Below, in pieces: positions 28,771-40,828 of a DNA stretch of 64,000 nt (position 1 is its first letter; each line of letters begins with the position of its first letter). Origin of the DNA: Macrostomum lignano (taxonomy: Eukaryota); contig NIVC01001879.1 of NCBI GenBank assembly GCA_002269645.1, positions 62,001-126,000 on the forward strand, in the 5' to 3' direction. The position numbers and the translations under genes are program-made. The notes below the pieces were generated by a model, which was not told where the DNA came from, did not search any database, and saw only the letters and a list, made by a program, of their open reading frames with translations.

Positions 28771-29338
28771 TTCATTGTGCTTTTTTCAGGACCTTCTAGC
28801 ATGCAACCATTTATGAAAAATTGCACTAAAACTTGACGCTAGTTACATGAGAACGCCTTAAGCTGCTGTTTTACGCATATCAATGTCTCAAATGTCTTGA
28901 GGACTTCTTTCAGTGTAGAAGATAGGTTAATCACGAGATAAGGTAACAAGCATATACTGTGCAACGGTGCACAAAAAGTACTCCACACTTTTAAGCCTTA
29001 AGTTCACATGAAATCCCAATTTATCCCATTTCTCCCCATAGAGATCGACAAATTCTAAAATGGTTGATTTTCGATATAATGGCTTCAAATATAGCAAAGA
29101 CAGAGGGAAGCGGTCGAGGTGTGAATAGAGTCGGGTCGCTCTTCAACAAAAAGGATTTCAAAAAAGGACACTAGACACACACGGTCCGCCTTTGAGTTGG
29201 CCCTAATAATGGGTGTGATGCGGATGGCACGGCAACACATCAGGCCAAATTTTGTGGCCGAGCAGGGTGGGGCTACTCTGCCCTCTACTGTCTGGCAAAG
29301 CAAGGTATCGTACTACTAATGTTAGCTAGAATCGGTTG

Positions 29339-29707
29339 GAGGGAGGCCGTAGCCCAGCGGTAGCACAGGCTCTGGTGTGCCAGCGACCCAGGCTCGATTC
29401 CAAGTGCTGTCACATTAATTTGGGGCTAAATTGGAATCTCGGCTTGGCTCTGCTCATGCAATTAACGGCCTTGAGAGCCAACCCCCCAAAGCGCAGTGAA
29501 GTGTACATGCCTAACGATAATATAAAGTTAGGGCCGCTGTACACTCCTGTGTGAGTGTGTGCCTGCGTACGTATCCGCGCGCTTGTATGCCTGCTCAGGG
29601 GAGTCGGCGGAATGGGCAGTAATGCCTCTCGCCGGTTGTGTGCCTATGTCGCGTCGCTTAAAGTGCGCCAGGTTGCACACAACCCCCCTGCCTCTAATAA
29701 AATAATA
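29339..29707 (+). mobile_element. tRNA-derived SINE, 369 bp, with 11-bp TSD
   Basis: Pol III A-box (TAGCCCAGCGG) and B-box (GGCTCGATTCC) in the head; A-rich tail TAATAAAATAATA; TSD AGAATCGGTTG at 29328-29338 and 29708-29718. Confidence 0.88.
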
Positions 29708-30119
29708 AGAATCGGTTGAGTGTGTCTAACTTTAGGCGTTTAAGGCTGCTCGCAATTTGCCATAACTGTCGATTCGTGCCTACTAAGTGAAAATCCCAGG
29801 TAAGTGCAAGTACCATTCGTAGAGGATTCGTAGGATTTTCTTGTTACTTCGTGTACAATGAACGTAAAAATACAGAAAGCTAGTGAATATAAAAATACAA
29901 AATACAACAGTTAAAATCTCTTGAGTAAACGGAGTATTCAAGTTCATCATTTTTTTTCTGCACCGATTTGAAGTCGAATTGCAGTTGCCTTCTAGGTTGC
30001 GTGTTGTCTTTGATGAATTTTGCCAGAACTCCCATCTTGATCCACTGGAGTAAGGTTTTTTAATATTCGAAACCTTATATCCAAGATGTCCTGTTTAAAT
30101 TGGTCACCAAGAGCACTAT

Positions 30120-32100
30120 GTAGTTCCAACTGCATTTAACAGAGGCGAACTAAACACCACACCCCAAGGGAAGGGAAGGCGGACGCGAGTGTTCGCGAGC
30201 ATCGAGTACAGTGCGAGTGGATTCAATATCCAAAATCCGAAAAATGATGGGAAAATAGTGAAAGAAAAACGGGGGGGCACGCAGAATGCTGGGACACGCT
30301 TGCAAGTAAAAATAAAATAAACAGTCATTAAAAAAGCACTTCATCGATAAAACAACAGTCATCATTGCAAGAAAAAGATAAAATACTAAATAAGAAAAAA
30401 AACACGAGTTTAGAAGAAAAAAAATTTGAACATTGAGTCCAAGCCAGAGGAAAAAGAAAGCAGACAGCACACCAGCTTCTACCAGAGCAGGCAAACGAAA
30501 AATTATAGGCATTGAGACAGTTTGCGAACAGCCGCCAGCTGGAGGTCGAAGCCCTTTTCCAGCCCCAGGTACACCTCTACCGCCGAGCTCCGCCAGTCGC
30601 ATAGGGCCTTGACGACCGGCAGCGGCACACCGGCGCGGAACGCCAGCGAGGCGCCGCCGCGTCGAAGGCTGTGAGGAGACAGAGACCGGTCTGCCAGGCC
30701 GGCACTGTGGACGACGTGCTGGAACAGGCGACAGAACCGGGTGCCGGTCAGAGGCGTCAGGCCGCCGCTGCCTCGGTAGGCGAAGAGGTGGGCAGCAGCG
30801 GTGCGGTTGGGCTGGTTGATGCGCAGCAGGTGGTGAAGCAGCGCTGCCACGGGGCAGAGCGGGTGCTGCACCGCGTGCCGGAGGCGCGGCAGGACAACGC
30901 GGTGCACTCTCTGGCGGAACTGGTTCGTCTTGGAGCGCCGAATGTGCAGGATGACCAGATCCGGTGATACTTGCAGGTCGCCGCAGGTGACCGCCTCGCA
31001 GGCTGGTGGGAACGGTTTCGAGCAGCACAGATTGGCGCGGTGCAGGAGGCCTCAGAATCCGACCAGGACCGCCGCCCAGAAGGCTGCATCTTGAGGCTAC
31101 TGCAGGCGCAGGGTTCCTCGCAGTTTGAGGAGGTCACCCAGAGTGATGGGTGCCTTGCGCACCGGCGGCTTGGCGAGTTTGCGCTGCACACCGCGGAGGA
31201 GCAGGTCGATGCGGGGGTCGCGAGGAAGGCCGCGGCCGGTCTTGAGCTTGCAGTGCAGGTCTGCGGCGTTAATGTACGCACCGACGCTGGCATGCGAGGA
31301 GAGGCGGTCGGACAGCGCGATGCTGCAGGGACGGTCTCGTGCTGTCGATGCGCATCTACTTGCAGAACCGCTTCCAGGAGTCGATCTGGCAGCGGTAAGA
31401 GCGCGCGGTTGTCTCAGCGAAGGCCAGGTGGCAAAGCTCGCGGTAGCGCTTGCTGAAGTTCGCGCTCGGGACTTGAGGCGGGCGATCTGTAGGGCGAGAA
31501 ATTCTCAGGTGGCTGGCGAGAGGGTGTGCTCTCTAAGGTTGCTAAGGTCAGCGTGAACAGAGCCAAAGAGCCGGAGCAGGAAGTTTGTCAGCTCGCTAAT
31601 GTCATCGGCTCGGCTGCCACTATCAGCGAAGATCTGGAATGTCCCAGGGACGTGGAAGGCCTGGACGGAGAGGTCGCGGTGCGCAGCGAGAAGCATCAGC
31701 TGTTGCAGAGCCGAGTTGACGACCCGATTTGGCGACGAGCCCTTGTTGATGGCGCCGACTGCGGCGGTGCTGTCAGAGTAGATCACAAGCTGGCTGCCCG
31801 GTTGCAGCTGCTGCTAGAAATGCAGGGCCGTAAGCACTGGCGCGAGACTTTCCTTGAAGTTGATGTGCAGCGGCTCGATCTCGGTTGAGTCGCGGTGCCA
31901 GTCCTTGATGAGCCAGCTGGTGGTGTCTGGGCCGCGGATGATGCCGCAGCCGCCCCAGTTGGACGAGTCGGACTCGATGGCCCAGCTGGGCCCGTGGGAA
32001 CGCCAAATTTTGCAGCTGGGGGAGGTGGCCAGGCACCAGCTAAGGATCTCGCGGAAATCATTGTGCACGCGCAGTTTGTGCCGCTGCTGCTTCAACTTCT
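30120..32100 (-). mobile_element. Decayed Ngaro/DIRS-type tyrosine-recombinase retrotransposon (RNase H + YR part)
   Basis: DIRS-type RNase H fragments (ESDSSNWG, HINFKES, YSDSTAAV...NKG, FHVPG) and tyrosine recombinase (IRRSKTNQ, LCPV, PHSLRRGGAS, WRSSAVEVYL). Several in-frame stops and frameshifts; RT and gag absent. Boundaries approximate. Confidence 0.88.
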
Positions 32101-32934
32101 AAACTCACATGGCCTTTTGGGCAGCCCTTAGTCTCGCAGTCTTCTTGTTTCTCATAGGCCATGGCTTTATAAAGTTCTTTCCCATATTTTTTTGGTGGCA
32201 AGATCATCACAGGAGAATTGATATAGATGTAAATAAAATTCACAGCATTATCGGTTATGCTGGTCGCCACACCTTGTAATATTACATTTTGTTATAACGC
32301 GCAGAAGCTTCCAGAATATTCCGATACTCTCGCAGCACAAACTAAAACTACCGCCGATCGCTCTTTCGACATCCGCGACACGAAACGTCAGTCCTCGCTG
32401 GTTGGACGCCTGAAGCGTTAACAGCAGCACCTCCTGCTGTTAATTCCTAATTCATATTTTTTGTCGACAAAACAAGCAGGCTAAAACACCGTCATAATTG
32501 CCGTAGCTAGATTGCTTGACTTCAGCCGTAAATTTAACTCGGCTTCGAAGAGTTTAAACCCGTTTTATTTATTAGTAGACAACATTTAGACAAGTAATAA
32601 AATTCTGGTTACAGGGCTCTGGGATAAGAATGGGTAGAGAGTCTAAGGAACAGCATAGCATCACTACAACAAATATAGTTAATTTTGAATTGCAACACAT
32701 GGTTTGTTTGATTTGGGTTTAAAATTATATTTCTCTTTATAATCTCTTCAAGGGATGCATATATAGCTTTATAAATGTATACTTCTAAAACAGAGTGGGC
32801 CGAGTTTTCAACTTTTTTTAGAGACACTTGGATTTTTTTGAGACAACAAAGTCGTTAAACTACACATTACCATTTTAAAATCTTTTAAAATTGTTACTCG
32901 TCCGTAACGCCCAAGCATCAAAATGGTTGCTTGA

Positions 32935-33348
32935 TTACTGCAGCTTGATGCGAAGCGCGCCGCGTAAAAAGTTGAACATTGGAATGTAAGAGTGCCGGTG
33001 CATATAGTGTTCCATACCTGTGGGAGATAGAAAAACGAATAATCAATTATACAATATGACTAGATTCGAATGCAGTTTCAAAGCGTAGAGTCCAACGGTA
33101 AAAAGGTTGCACACACCTTTCTTGATTCGGGCGCCGGATTCAATTTTGTTGGATGCATCGCTAGCAGATTTTTCACCAGCAGGCAAGTTCTGCTTCAGCT
33201 GGGGCACCAGAAAGACCCTCATGAAATGGTTGGTCAGCCGACTGGCCAGCTGGTCGACGGCAGCGTTCGGCATCGGCCGACCACTGGCCCCACCAATGGC
33301 CACTGCAGACAAGCAGACGAGTGCGACTATCATGATCCGGTGATGCAT
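32935..33348 (-). CDS. Secreted prepropeptide paralog 2 (SYIPxFNF family), 2 exons, 104 aa
   Basis: Exon 1 33348-33117 (MHHRIMIVALVCLSAVAIGGASG...RIKK), 99-nt intron, exon 2 33017-32935 encoding GMEHYMHRHSYIPMFNFLRGALRIKLQ*. Confidence 0.85.
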
Positions 33349-35700
33349 ATTGCTGCAAAACAAATTCTTAAGTCAGAGTTGAGCTGTAAGTTCGCGCCGG
33401 CACAACTTTGCAGTGGTTGTCGAAAGTTACCTGGGTTCCGTATCGGCCTTGCTTATGTAGACGGATTCATCGGTCGGTGCGCTGAGATTGGCTTGCGACA
33501 TCTGTTAAGTTTTCCTGGTAGAGAAATAGCTAAATTTGGATGGACTCTTCGCTGCTTCACATCGACGCAGGTGAATAATTAGCAATTTAACAAAAATTGC
33601 TCGAGCGCCGTTGCCAATTATAATTATAATTCGAAAACTACTGTCGCACGGGCTCTTCTATTCAATTTTTTCCGACCGGTGAGACTTCACTTGCTTCAGA
33701 ATTTTTCTCGTCAGCACGTTTTTCGGCAGCTGGCAAATTAGGGCTTTCTTGTGAGCCATCGAAAGTTACGGGGAAAATTTGAGGTAGCTGCCGAAGACAG
33801 CTTAGATCGAGATAGCTTTCGTTCCAGGCGGTGGACGAGACGGTGAGGTACTCGATTGACTTCTGCCGAGCGCCGGGCCACCTTCAAGATCGGTGACGAG
33901 CGAGTTTCAAAAGCGGTGGCACTTTCTCACCGCGCTAGCCTGGTCCATCCAAGCGATCTGTTGCGCCGTTGGCGACTCCAGCTGGCAAGCCTGACGCACA
34001 CTCGACTGCTGTTGTTGTTATTGTTTTGTTGGCCTAAGAAAAGGGGACGTCAACGAAGCGGTGAAATGGATCAGGACCAAACCGACTGGAATCAATAACT
34101 GACTGGAAAAGTTGACTGCGTCTGTCTGTGATGGTGCCATCATCCGCCGCAACAGCACCGTCTTCAACAATCTATGGTGGCCTCCTCACTTGCCATTTGG
34201 ATTGGATTGGATTGTCCTTGGATTGGCCTTATGGCTGCCAACAGATAAAGCAACAACCTCCCAATAAATCTGGAAGGAATTTCTTTGCTTGCTTTGTCGA
34301 TTCCGGAATTCGTTTGACTCAGTGTTGAGTCCGCACTCTTATTCCGATCAAAGTTTCACATCCATTGATCGACGTCGTCATTATGCGACTGTATCACGAT
34401 CCTCAAGCTGCTGTTTTGGCTGTGGATTTCTAACTTTTTTCTGTTCAAATCTTGTCAGGTGCTCTACTGGGCGAAATGCGTGCGTCATATTCCTCTTAGG
34501 CGCCTCAGCGTGCTGAGCTCATCCAAGTAGACTCACTCCTTTGTAGTCTTAGAAGATCGTCAGATGATAAAAAATTTTGGGTTCACTGCATGGAAGGATT
34601 AACCAGTATAAGCTTGGTAAAAGAAAGTCGGGAGATGGAACAGAAATTTTGTCGAGTATTTCCAACGACGGTACCCACGGCACCGATTAGCAATGAGCAA
34701 TTACTTCACCGCTTCTTTGTCCAATTCAATTGCTGAAGCGCAATTTCCTAAGCACAGCTGCAGTTGAATGCGCTGAGGAAAAAATTATTAAAAACGAACA
34801 GCATCTTGGGTTTTCTAAATCGTTGCCTTTGGGAGAAATTATCAATTTTTCATACACCTGAGCAAGAAAATAGCTTGCAGAATTTCGCTTGTAGACAGCT
34901 TTGGGTGCTGACGCAACTTAGAGACTTGGTACTGCCGAGAGTATTGCTGAAATGCTGTGGCTCGTTGGGGAGAATTTTCTGGGATGTCGAGGCTCATGAT
35001 GCTGAAATGCAATGGAATTTTTTGCTGGCTAATGAAGGAGAACATGTTGGCTAACGCTCCCGACTGCCAGTAATCCCGCGCGGCTGTCCCCTGTCCTTTA
35101 CCTGCCCAAGTTCGTCGGCAGTTTGGTCCTGGCGGTCCTACTGCAGAGCGAGACTGCAGAGTGTCGACCCACGGCAACCCACAGCTGCTGAACTACACGA
35201 CTTATCTGGTTGAGGCTCGTCTGAGTTCGTATAATAACAGCTAAGCTAAAGAACTCGTTACCAAGAGGCTGAATTGAGATCGGGACTCAACAAAACGAGA
35301 ACACATCAAAAATAGCAACAAAAACTGTAAAGGCGGTGTAACAAAATCTGTGTTTTAAGGGGCTCCGTCGAGAGGGTCACAGAACTAGTTACCCAAACTT
35401 CGAAAACTACATACTTAGCCGGTATACCCACGGCAGAACTTCCTCTCATTCGAAGTGGAGTGATAAACCAGTACATGGTTACGCGTTCGCAGAGTTTGGA
35501 GTAGGGATCGAGACGCAGCCCCCTGATAAAGTTCAGCCCCAAATGCACTAAACCCTTGTGCCCTCTGGCGGAGTGGAGATCTTTAACGCATTAGTTGCGG
35601 TAGATTAGACTATATCCGATTCTCTTGAATCTCGATTCTCTTCTCTCTTGGCTTCTCTCCATCACGGTACTTTTAGTCCCTTCATCGTCAACAGTACATG

Positions 35701-37530
35701 TCTTTTCTGTGGCCTTTTCTGAGGCCTTTTCTGTAGCCTTTTCTGTGGCCTTTTCTGTGGCCTTTTCTGTGGCCTTTTCTGAGGCCTTTTCTGTAGCCTT
35801 TTCTGTGGCCTTTTCTGTGGCCTTTTATGTAGCCTTTTCTGAGGCCTTTTCTGTGGCCTTTTCTGAGGCCTTTTCTGTGGCCTTTTCTGTAGCCTTTTCT
35901 GAGGCCTTTTCTGTGGCCTTTTCTGTTGCCTTTTCTGAGGCCTTTTCTGTGGCCTTTTCTGTTGCCTTTTCTGAGGCCTTTTCTGTGGCCTTTTCTGAGG
36001 CCTTTTCTGAGGCCTTTTCTGTGGCCTTTTCTGTAGCCTTTTCTGAGGCCTTTTCTGAGGCCTTTTCTGAGGCCTTTTCTGTGGCCTTTTCTGAGGCCTT
36101 TTCTGTGGCCTTTTCTGAGGCCTTTTCTGTAGCCTTTTCTGAGGCCTTTTCTGTGGCCTTTTCTGTAGCCTTTTCTGAGGCCTTTTCTGTGGCCTTTTCT
36201 GTAGCCTTTTCTGTAGCCTTTTCTGTGGCCTTTTCTGTTGCCTTTTCTGAGGCCTTTTCTGTTGCCTTTTCTGTGGCCTTTTCTGTGGCCTTTTCTGAGG
36301 CCTTTTCTGTGGCCTTTTTTGAGGCCTTTTCTGTGGCCTTTTCTGTAGCCTTTTCTGAGTCCTTTACTGAGGCCTTTTCTGTGGCCTTTTCTGTGGCCTT
36401 TTCTGTTGCCTTTTTTGAGGCCTTTTCTGTGGCCTTTTCTGTAGCCTTTTCTGAGTCCTTTACTGAGGCCTTTTCTGTGGCCTTTTCTGTTGCCTTTTCT
36501 GTGGCCTTTTCTGTAGCCTTTTCTGAGGCCTTTTCTGTGGCCTTTTCTGTGGCCTTTTCTGTGGCCTTTTCTGAGGCCTTTTCTGTAGCCTTTTCTGTGG
36601 CCTTTTCTGTGGCCTTTTATGTAGCCTTTTCTGAGGCCTTTTCTGTGGCCTTTTCTGAGGCCTTTTCTGTGGCCTTTTCTGTAGCCTTTTCTGAGGCCTT
36701 TTCTGTGGCCTTTTCTGTTGCCTTTTCTGAGGCCTTTTCTGTGGCCTTTTCTGTTGCCTTTTCTGAGGCCTTTTCTGTGGCCTTTTCTGAGGCCTTTTCT
36801 GAGGCCTTTTCTGTGGCCTTTTCTGTAGCCTTTTCTGAGGCCTTTTCTGAGGCCTTTTCTGAGGCCTTTTCTGTGGCCTTTTCTGAGGCCTTTTCTGAGG
36901 CCTTTTCTGAGGCCTTTTCTGAGGCCTTTTCTGTGGCCTTTTCTGAGGCCTTTTCTGTGGCCTTTTCTGAGGCCTTTTCTGTAGCCTTTTCTGAGGCCTT
37001 TTCTGTGGCCTTTTCTGTAGCCTTTTCTGAGGCCTTTTCTGTGGCCTTTTCTGTAGCCTTTTCTGTAGCCTTTTCTGTGGCCTTTTCTGTTGCCTTTTCT
37101 GAGGCCTTTTCTGTTGCCTTTTCTGTGGCCTTTTCTGTGGCCTTTTCTGAGGCCTTTTCTGTGGCCTTTTTTGAGGCCTTTTCTGTGGCCTTTTCTGTAG
37201 CCTTTTCTGAGTCCTTTACTGAGGCCTTTTCTGTGGCCTTTTCTGTGGCCTTTTCTGTTGCCTTTTTTGAGGCCTTTTCTGTGGCCTTTTCTGTAGCCTT
37301 TTCTGAGTCCTTTACTGAGGCCTTTTCTGTGGCCTTTTCTGTTGCCTTTTCTGTGGCCTTTTCTGTAGCCTTTTCTGAGGCCTTTTCTGTGGCCTTTTCT
37401 GTAGCCTTTTCTGTAGCCTTTTCTGTGGCCTTTTCTGTGGCCTTTTCTGTGGCCTTTTCTGAAGCCTTTTCTGTGGCCTTTTCTGTGGCCTTTTCTGAAG
37501 CCTTTTCTGTGGCCTTTTCTGAGTCTTTTC
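35701..37530. repeat. 12-bp minisatellite GCCTTTTCTG(AG/TG/TA/TT), about 152 units, with an internal 0.8-kb higher-order duplication
   Basis: The rare variant CCTTTTATGT recurs 792 bp apart (35827, 36619), and the TTTTTTGAG variants recur about 852 bp apart. Confidence 0.97.
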
Positions 37531-38908
37531 CGTGGGCCGGTCCTCATATCCGGTTCTAGTAGCCGGTTCTGCTACAGGTCAATTTGGCTTGCTCAAATGA
37601 TAGAGGGGACTTGGGGCACGTCCTGCTGTTTCTATCTGCTTCGCACTTCTCTTCGCTGGCTTTTTTTCCCTTGTGGCTCTGGAGCTCTTCAATTCAAGCT
37701 TTTATGCATCCGTAGCGATCTGTTGGGACTTCACGAAGATTCCAGCGGTCAGACGGCATCATCCGCGAAGAGAACTTGCTTCCTTACAGCCAGCAGCGGA
37801 GGTGCTGCAGGAGCCACTCGGCGACTGCCTGTTGGATGACGCCCCATGTCCGGTTGGCCCCCTGTGACGCTGCTCTGCCAGTTTCTTAAGACTGTCTGAC
37901 TGCGTCGTTGGACTGATGGAAATTTACCTTACCGTAGAATAGTTGTTAAAACTCAAACGGCAGCAGAATTGGCCCAACTGATATTCATGTCAAAAAAGCT
38001 TCGTGTCTTTAACTTCAAACTTCGTACGTCTCTTGTTTAAATTATGAGACAGATCACTCCTAATACTAAAACTGACGTTTGTCTGTCTGTCCTAATACTA
38101 AAACTGACGCGATGTTTGTCTGTGTGTGTGTGTATTGCAAGTGAACTCCTACAATACTTGCAAGTCAGCGTCGAAATTTATATGGGAAAACTGCAAATTT
38201 TCCGGAGCAGGCTTTAGGCTATTTTAAGAGATGAGAGGAGAGACAGGAGAGACTAGATATAAGATAGCAAAGAAAAGAGAGCAGAGATGAGAGACTAGAG
38301 ATGGAAAGCAGATTAGAGAGAAGAGATAAGAGACTACACTGTAGAGATGAGAGGGCAAAGAGGAGAGCAAAAAAGGCTTTACAGAGGATTTGGAGATGAT
38401 TTGGAAGATGGGATTCAAGTCATGGAGTTTCAGCTGATGGATTTCAGGCAATGGAATTCCGGTGATGGGATTTCTTCCCCTATCTCCTCCGGAGGAGGAG
38501 TTCCACTCGTTTTTTATAAAACTGAAATAGTCTTAGTCAACAAGATGATTTGCATAAAATTCCATCCTTCAAAAAAATTCAAATCTGTATCTATGAAATT
38601 TAAAAAATATATATTTTCAATTATTAAAGCAAATTTTACGAGCGTAGTAAGCATGATCGCAAAATCGATTCGTCTTTTTATTCGCGTGAAACAGAAAATT
38701 CGTATTCGGGACAGTCAAATACTTCTTCAGTAGACGAGAAAGAATTTTTAAATCAAATACAGTTTTGAACTTATTCAGAGCTTTCAATTCAAATTTGAAT
38801 CAGCAATGATAATGTAATATTAAATAGGATTTCGATGAAAATTTAAAAATCAAGCCGCGTTCACTCCAGTCAGATGCACAATGTATGCAACTGACTTGGA
38901 TGGGGTGA

Positions 38909-39095
38909 ACAATCAAGGTCACAAAAATAAAGTAGATAGATCGTTTTACAATCAAGGTCACAAAAATAAAGAAGATAGATCGTTTTACAATCAAGGTCAC
39001 AAAAATAAAGGAGATAGATCGTTTTACAATCAAGGTCACAAAAATAAAGTAAGATAGATCGTTTTACAATCAAGGTCACAAAAATAAAGGAGATA
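38909..39095. repeat. 39-40-bp tandem repeat, about 5 copies, just 3' of peptide paralog 3
   Basis: Unit ACAATCAAGGTCACAAAAATAAAGNAGATAGATCGTTTT. Confidence 0.93.
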
Positions 39096-39136
39096 CTCGT
39101 ACGTAGATCGTTTTTATCAGTCTATCTTGCCAAAAT

Positions 39137-39556
39137 TCATTTGATTTTGTAGCGAAGCGTTCCGCGGAGAAAGTTGAACAACGGAATGTAGGAATTTCGG
39201 CTCAGGTTCTGATCAGTATCTGCGGTAGGAGGTCAGATTTGCAACAGTTGAAACTTTTGTTGTTGAAGCATCAAAATGCTCGCACAATGAATAAGATACT
39301 CACTTTTCTTAGCCCGACGAGAGTTGCGTTCTGGTTGGGGTATTTTCTCCAGGTTGTTCAGTTGTTCAACCACGTAAGCTTTAATGATCTCGCTTGCCAG
39401 CTGAATAGCCATTTGGTTTAACACTGTTTCCAACTGTACCAACTTGTTGTTAGTAGCTGTAGGCCTCTTCAGTCCCTCTTCGACTGGTAGAGCAATGGCC
39501 GAAGACACCACAGCCGAGAAGACCACTAGAGCCAGAAGGATGGATCGATGGTGCAT
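39137..39556 (-). CDS. Secreted prepropeptide paralog 3 (SYIPxFNF family), 2 exons, 111 aa
   Basis: Exon 1 39556-39304 (MHHRSILLALVVFSAVVSSAIALP...RRAKK), GTGAGT donor, 84-nt intron, exon 2 39219-39137 encoding NTDQNLSRNSYIPLFNFLRGTLRYKIK*. Confidence 0.87.
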
Positions 39557-40828
39557 GGTCGATCTTTAGCTTTGGAGCTTTGTTACAAACCTGCAATTGA
39601 AACCTGCAAAAATCGGCTTGCTTATATTGACAACATCGACACTTAATTGGGCTTGGCCTTGGGCCCGGGATTGGTCCAGCAGATCAGCGGTAATTTTGCG
39701 GCGCTGTTAAACGGCAGTTCTGGAGGCAGCTGCAGACGCATAGAGCTATTAAATCCAACAATCACCTGTGGTGCTCAAGATAATAGTTAACCATCCTTGA
39801 TCACCGGGGTATGGGTGGGCAGGCATTCTACAGTATTCAAAGATAAGGCCCAAAACTTTAAAATAAAATAACGCTTCGCCGCGCATTTGCGTCAAGAAAA
39901 GCAATTTTCTCTGTTAGATTGGAAGAATTAAAAAAGATTGCAGATGATTGTTGAAGTTATTTGGCACCTGGGCTAAAATAATTATCCAGGTTCCCGACTG
40001 GAGGGACAGGGAAGAAATACGCCAACAGATTTTCCAGGTACCGAGACTGATTTTTTTAGCGACGAACGCCAAAATTCGTCTTCATTTTTCTGCGTCTTTA
40101 AAGCGGCTTCTTCAACACTACGGATGATAGTCGGGTACCTTTCCCTTACTTTTCCTACTTGATACAGTACATGTAGATTTTCTGCAACGTAAAACTATCA
40201 TGATAAGCATGCGTTTCTCAAAGCATTTTTGAGAAACGGATAGATATAAAATGTTTGAGTAGATGTTGATAGAACGACAGTTTTCTTGAGTAATTTGCCT
40301 GTTTGCACGATCGAGCTCGTAGGTTTCATTAACTCAAGGACGTGACAGTCTCTTCTAACTTTTGCCGCGTGTCCTATCTTCAACTAACAAATGAGTTGAT
40401 CTTCACGATGATCAGACAAGAGACACTCGTGATTCGAAAGGTCACAGGTTTTTTGAAGATCAAAACACATGGTTTTGTAACTAAATTCACAAATACCCAT
40501 GAGAGCCAAGCCCAGAACAAACTGTGTGTTCATGCCTGATGATTAGAAAGTTAGGGTAGCTGTAACACCCTGTACTGGGCGTGTGTACGATTGCGAACCT
40601 GCGTACAGTATTGGTGCGCTATTGTATGTGCTCACTTAGCAGAATGGGTAGAATCGTCTCATCACCGGTTGTGACACGTCAATGCCGCAGGTGCATGTTG
40701 CGCCAGGGTGCCTTGACCCTAAAAAGCTTTGTTGTGAACTGAAGTCGCCAAAACGCCACTGCTGTCCATTATGATTTTGGGAGAGTTACGGACCCGGTCA
40801 CTTAAAAACGGTACTTAAGGCCAAGAAG

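Larger units (their letters stand above)
25999..29040. mobile_element. Non-autonomous inverted-repeat element disrupted by the LINE insertion
   Basis: 25999-26035 and 29004-29040 are reverse complements at 35/37 positions, with weaker similarity further out. Confidence 0.65.

Noticed and set aside
29339-29415. Functional tRNA gene
   Set aside because: A and B boxes are present but I cannot fold a convincing cloverleaf, and the sequence continues into a body, A-rich tail and TSD typical of a SINE.
35625-37559. 644-aa (SVAF/SEAF)n plus-strand ORF as a membrane protein
   Set aside because: Begins at a TTG, consists almost wholly of the 12-bp repeat, and flanking coding signal favours the opposite strand.
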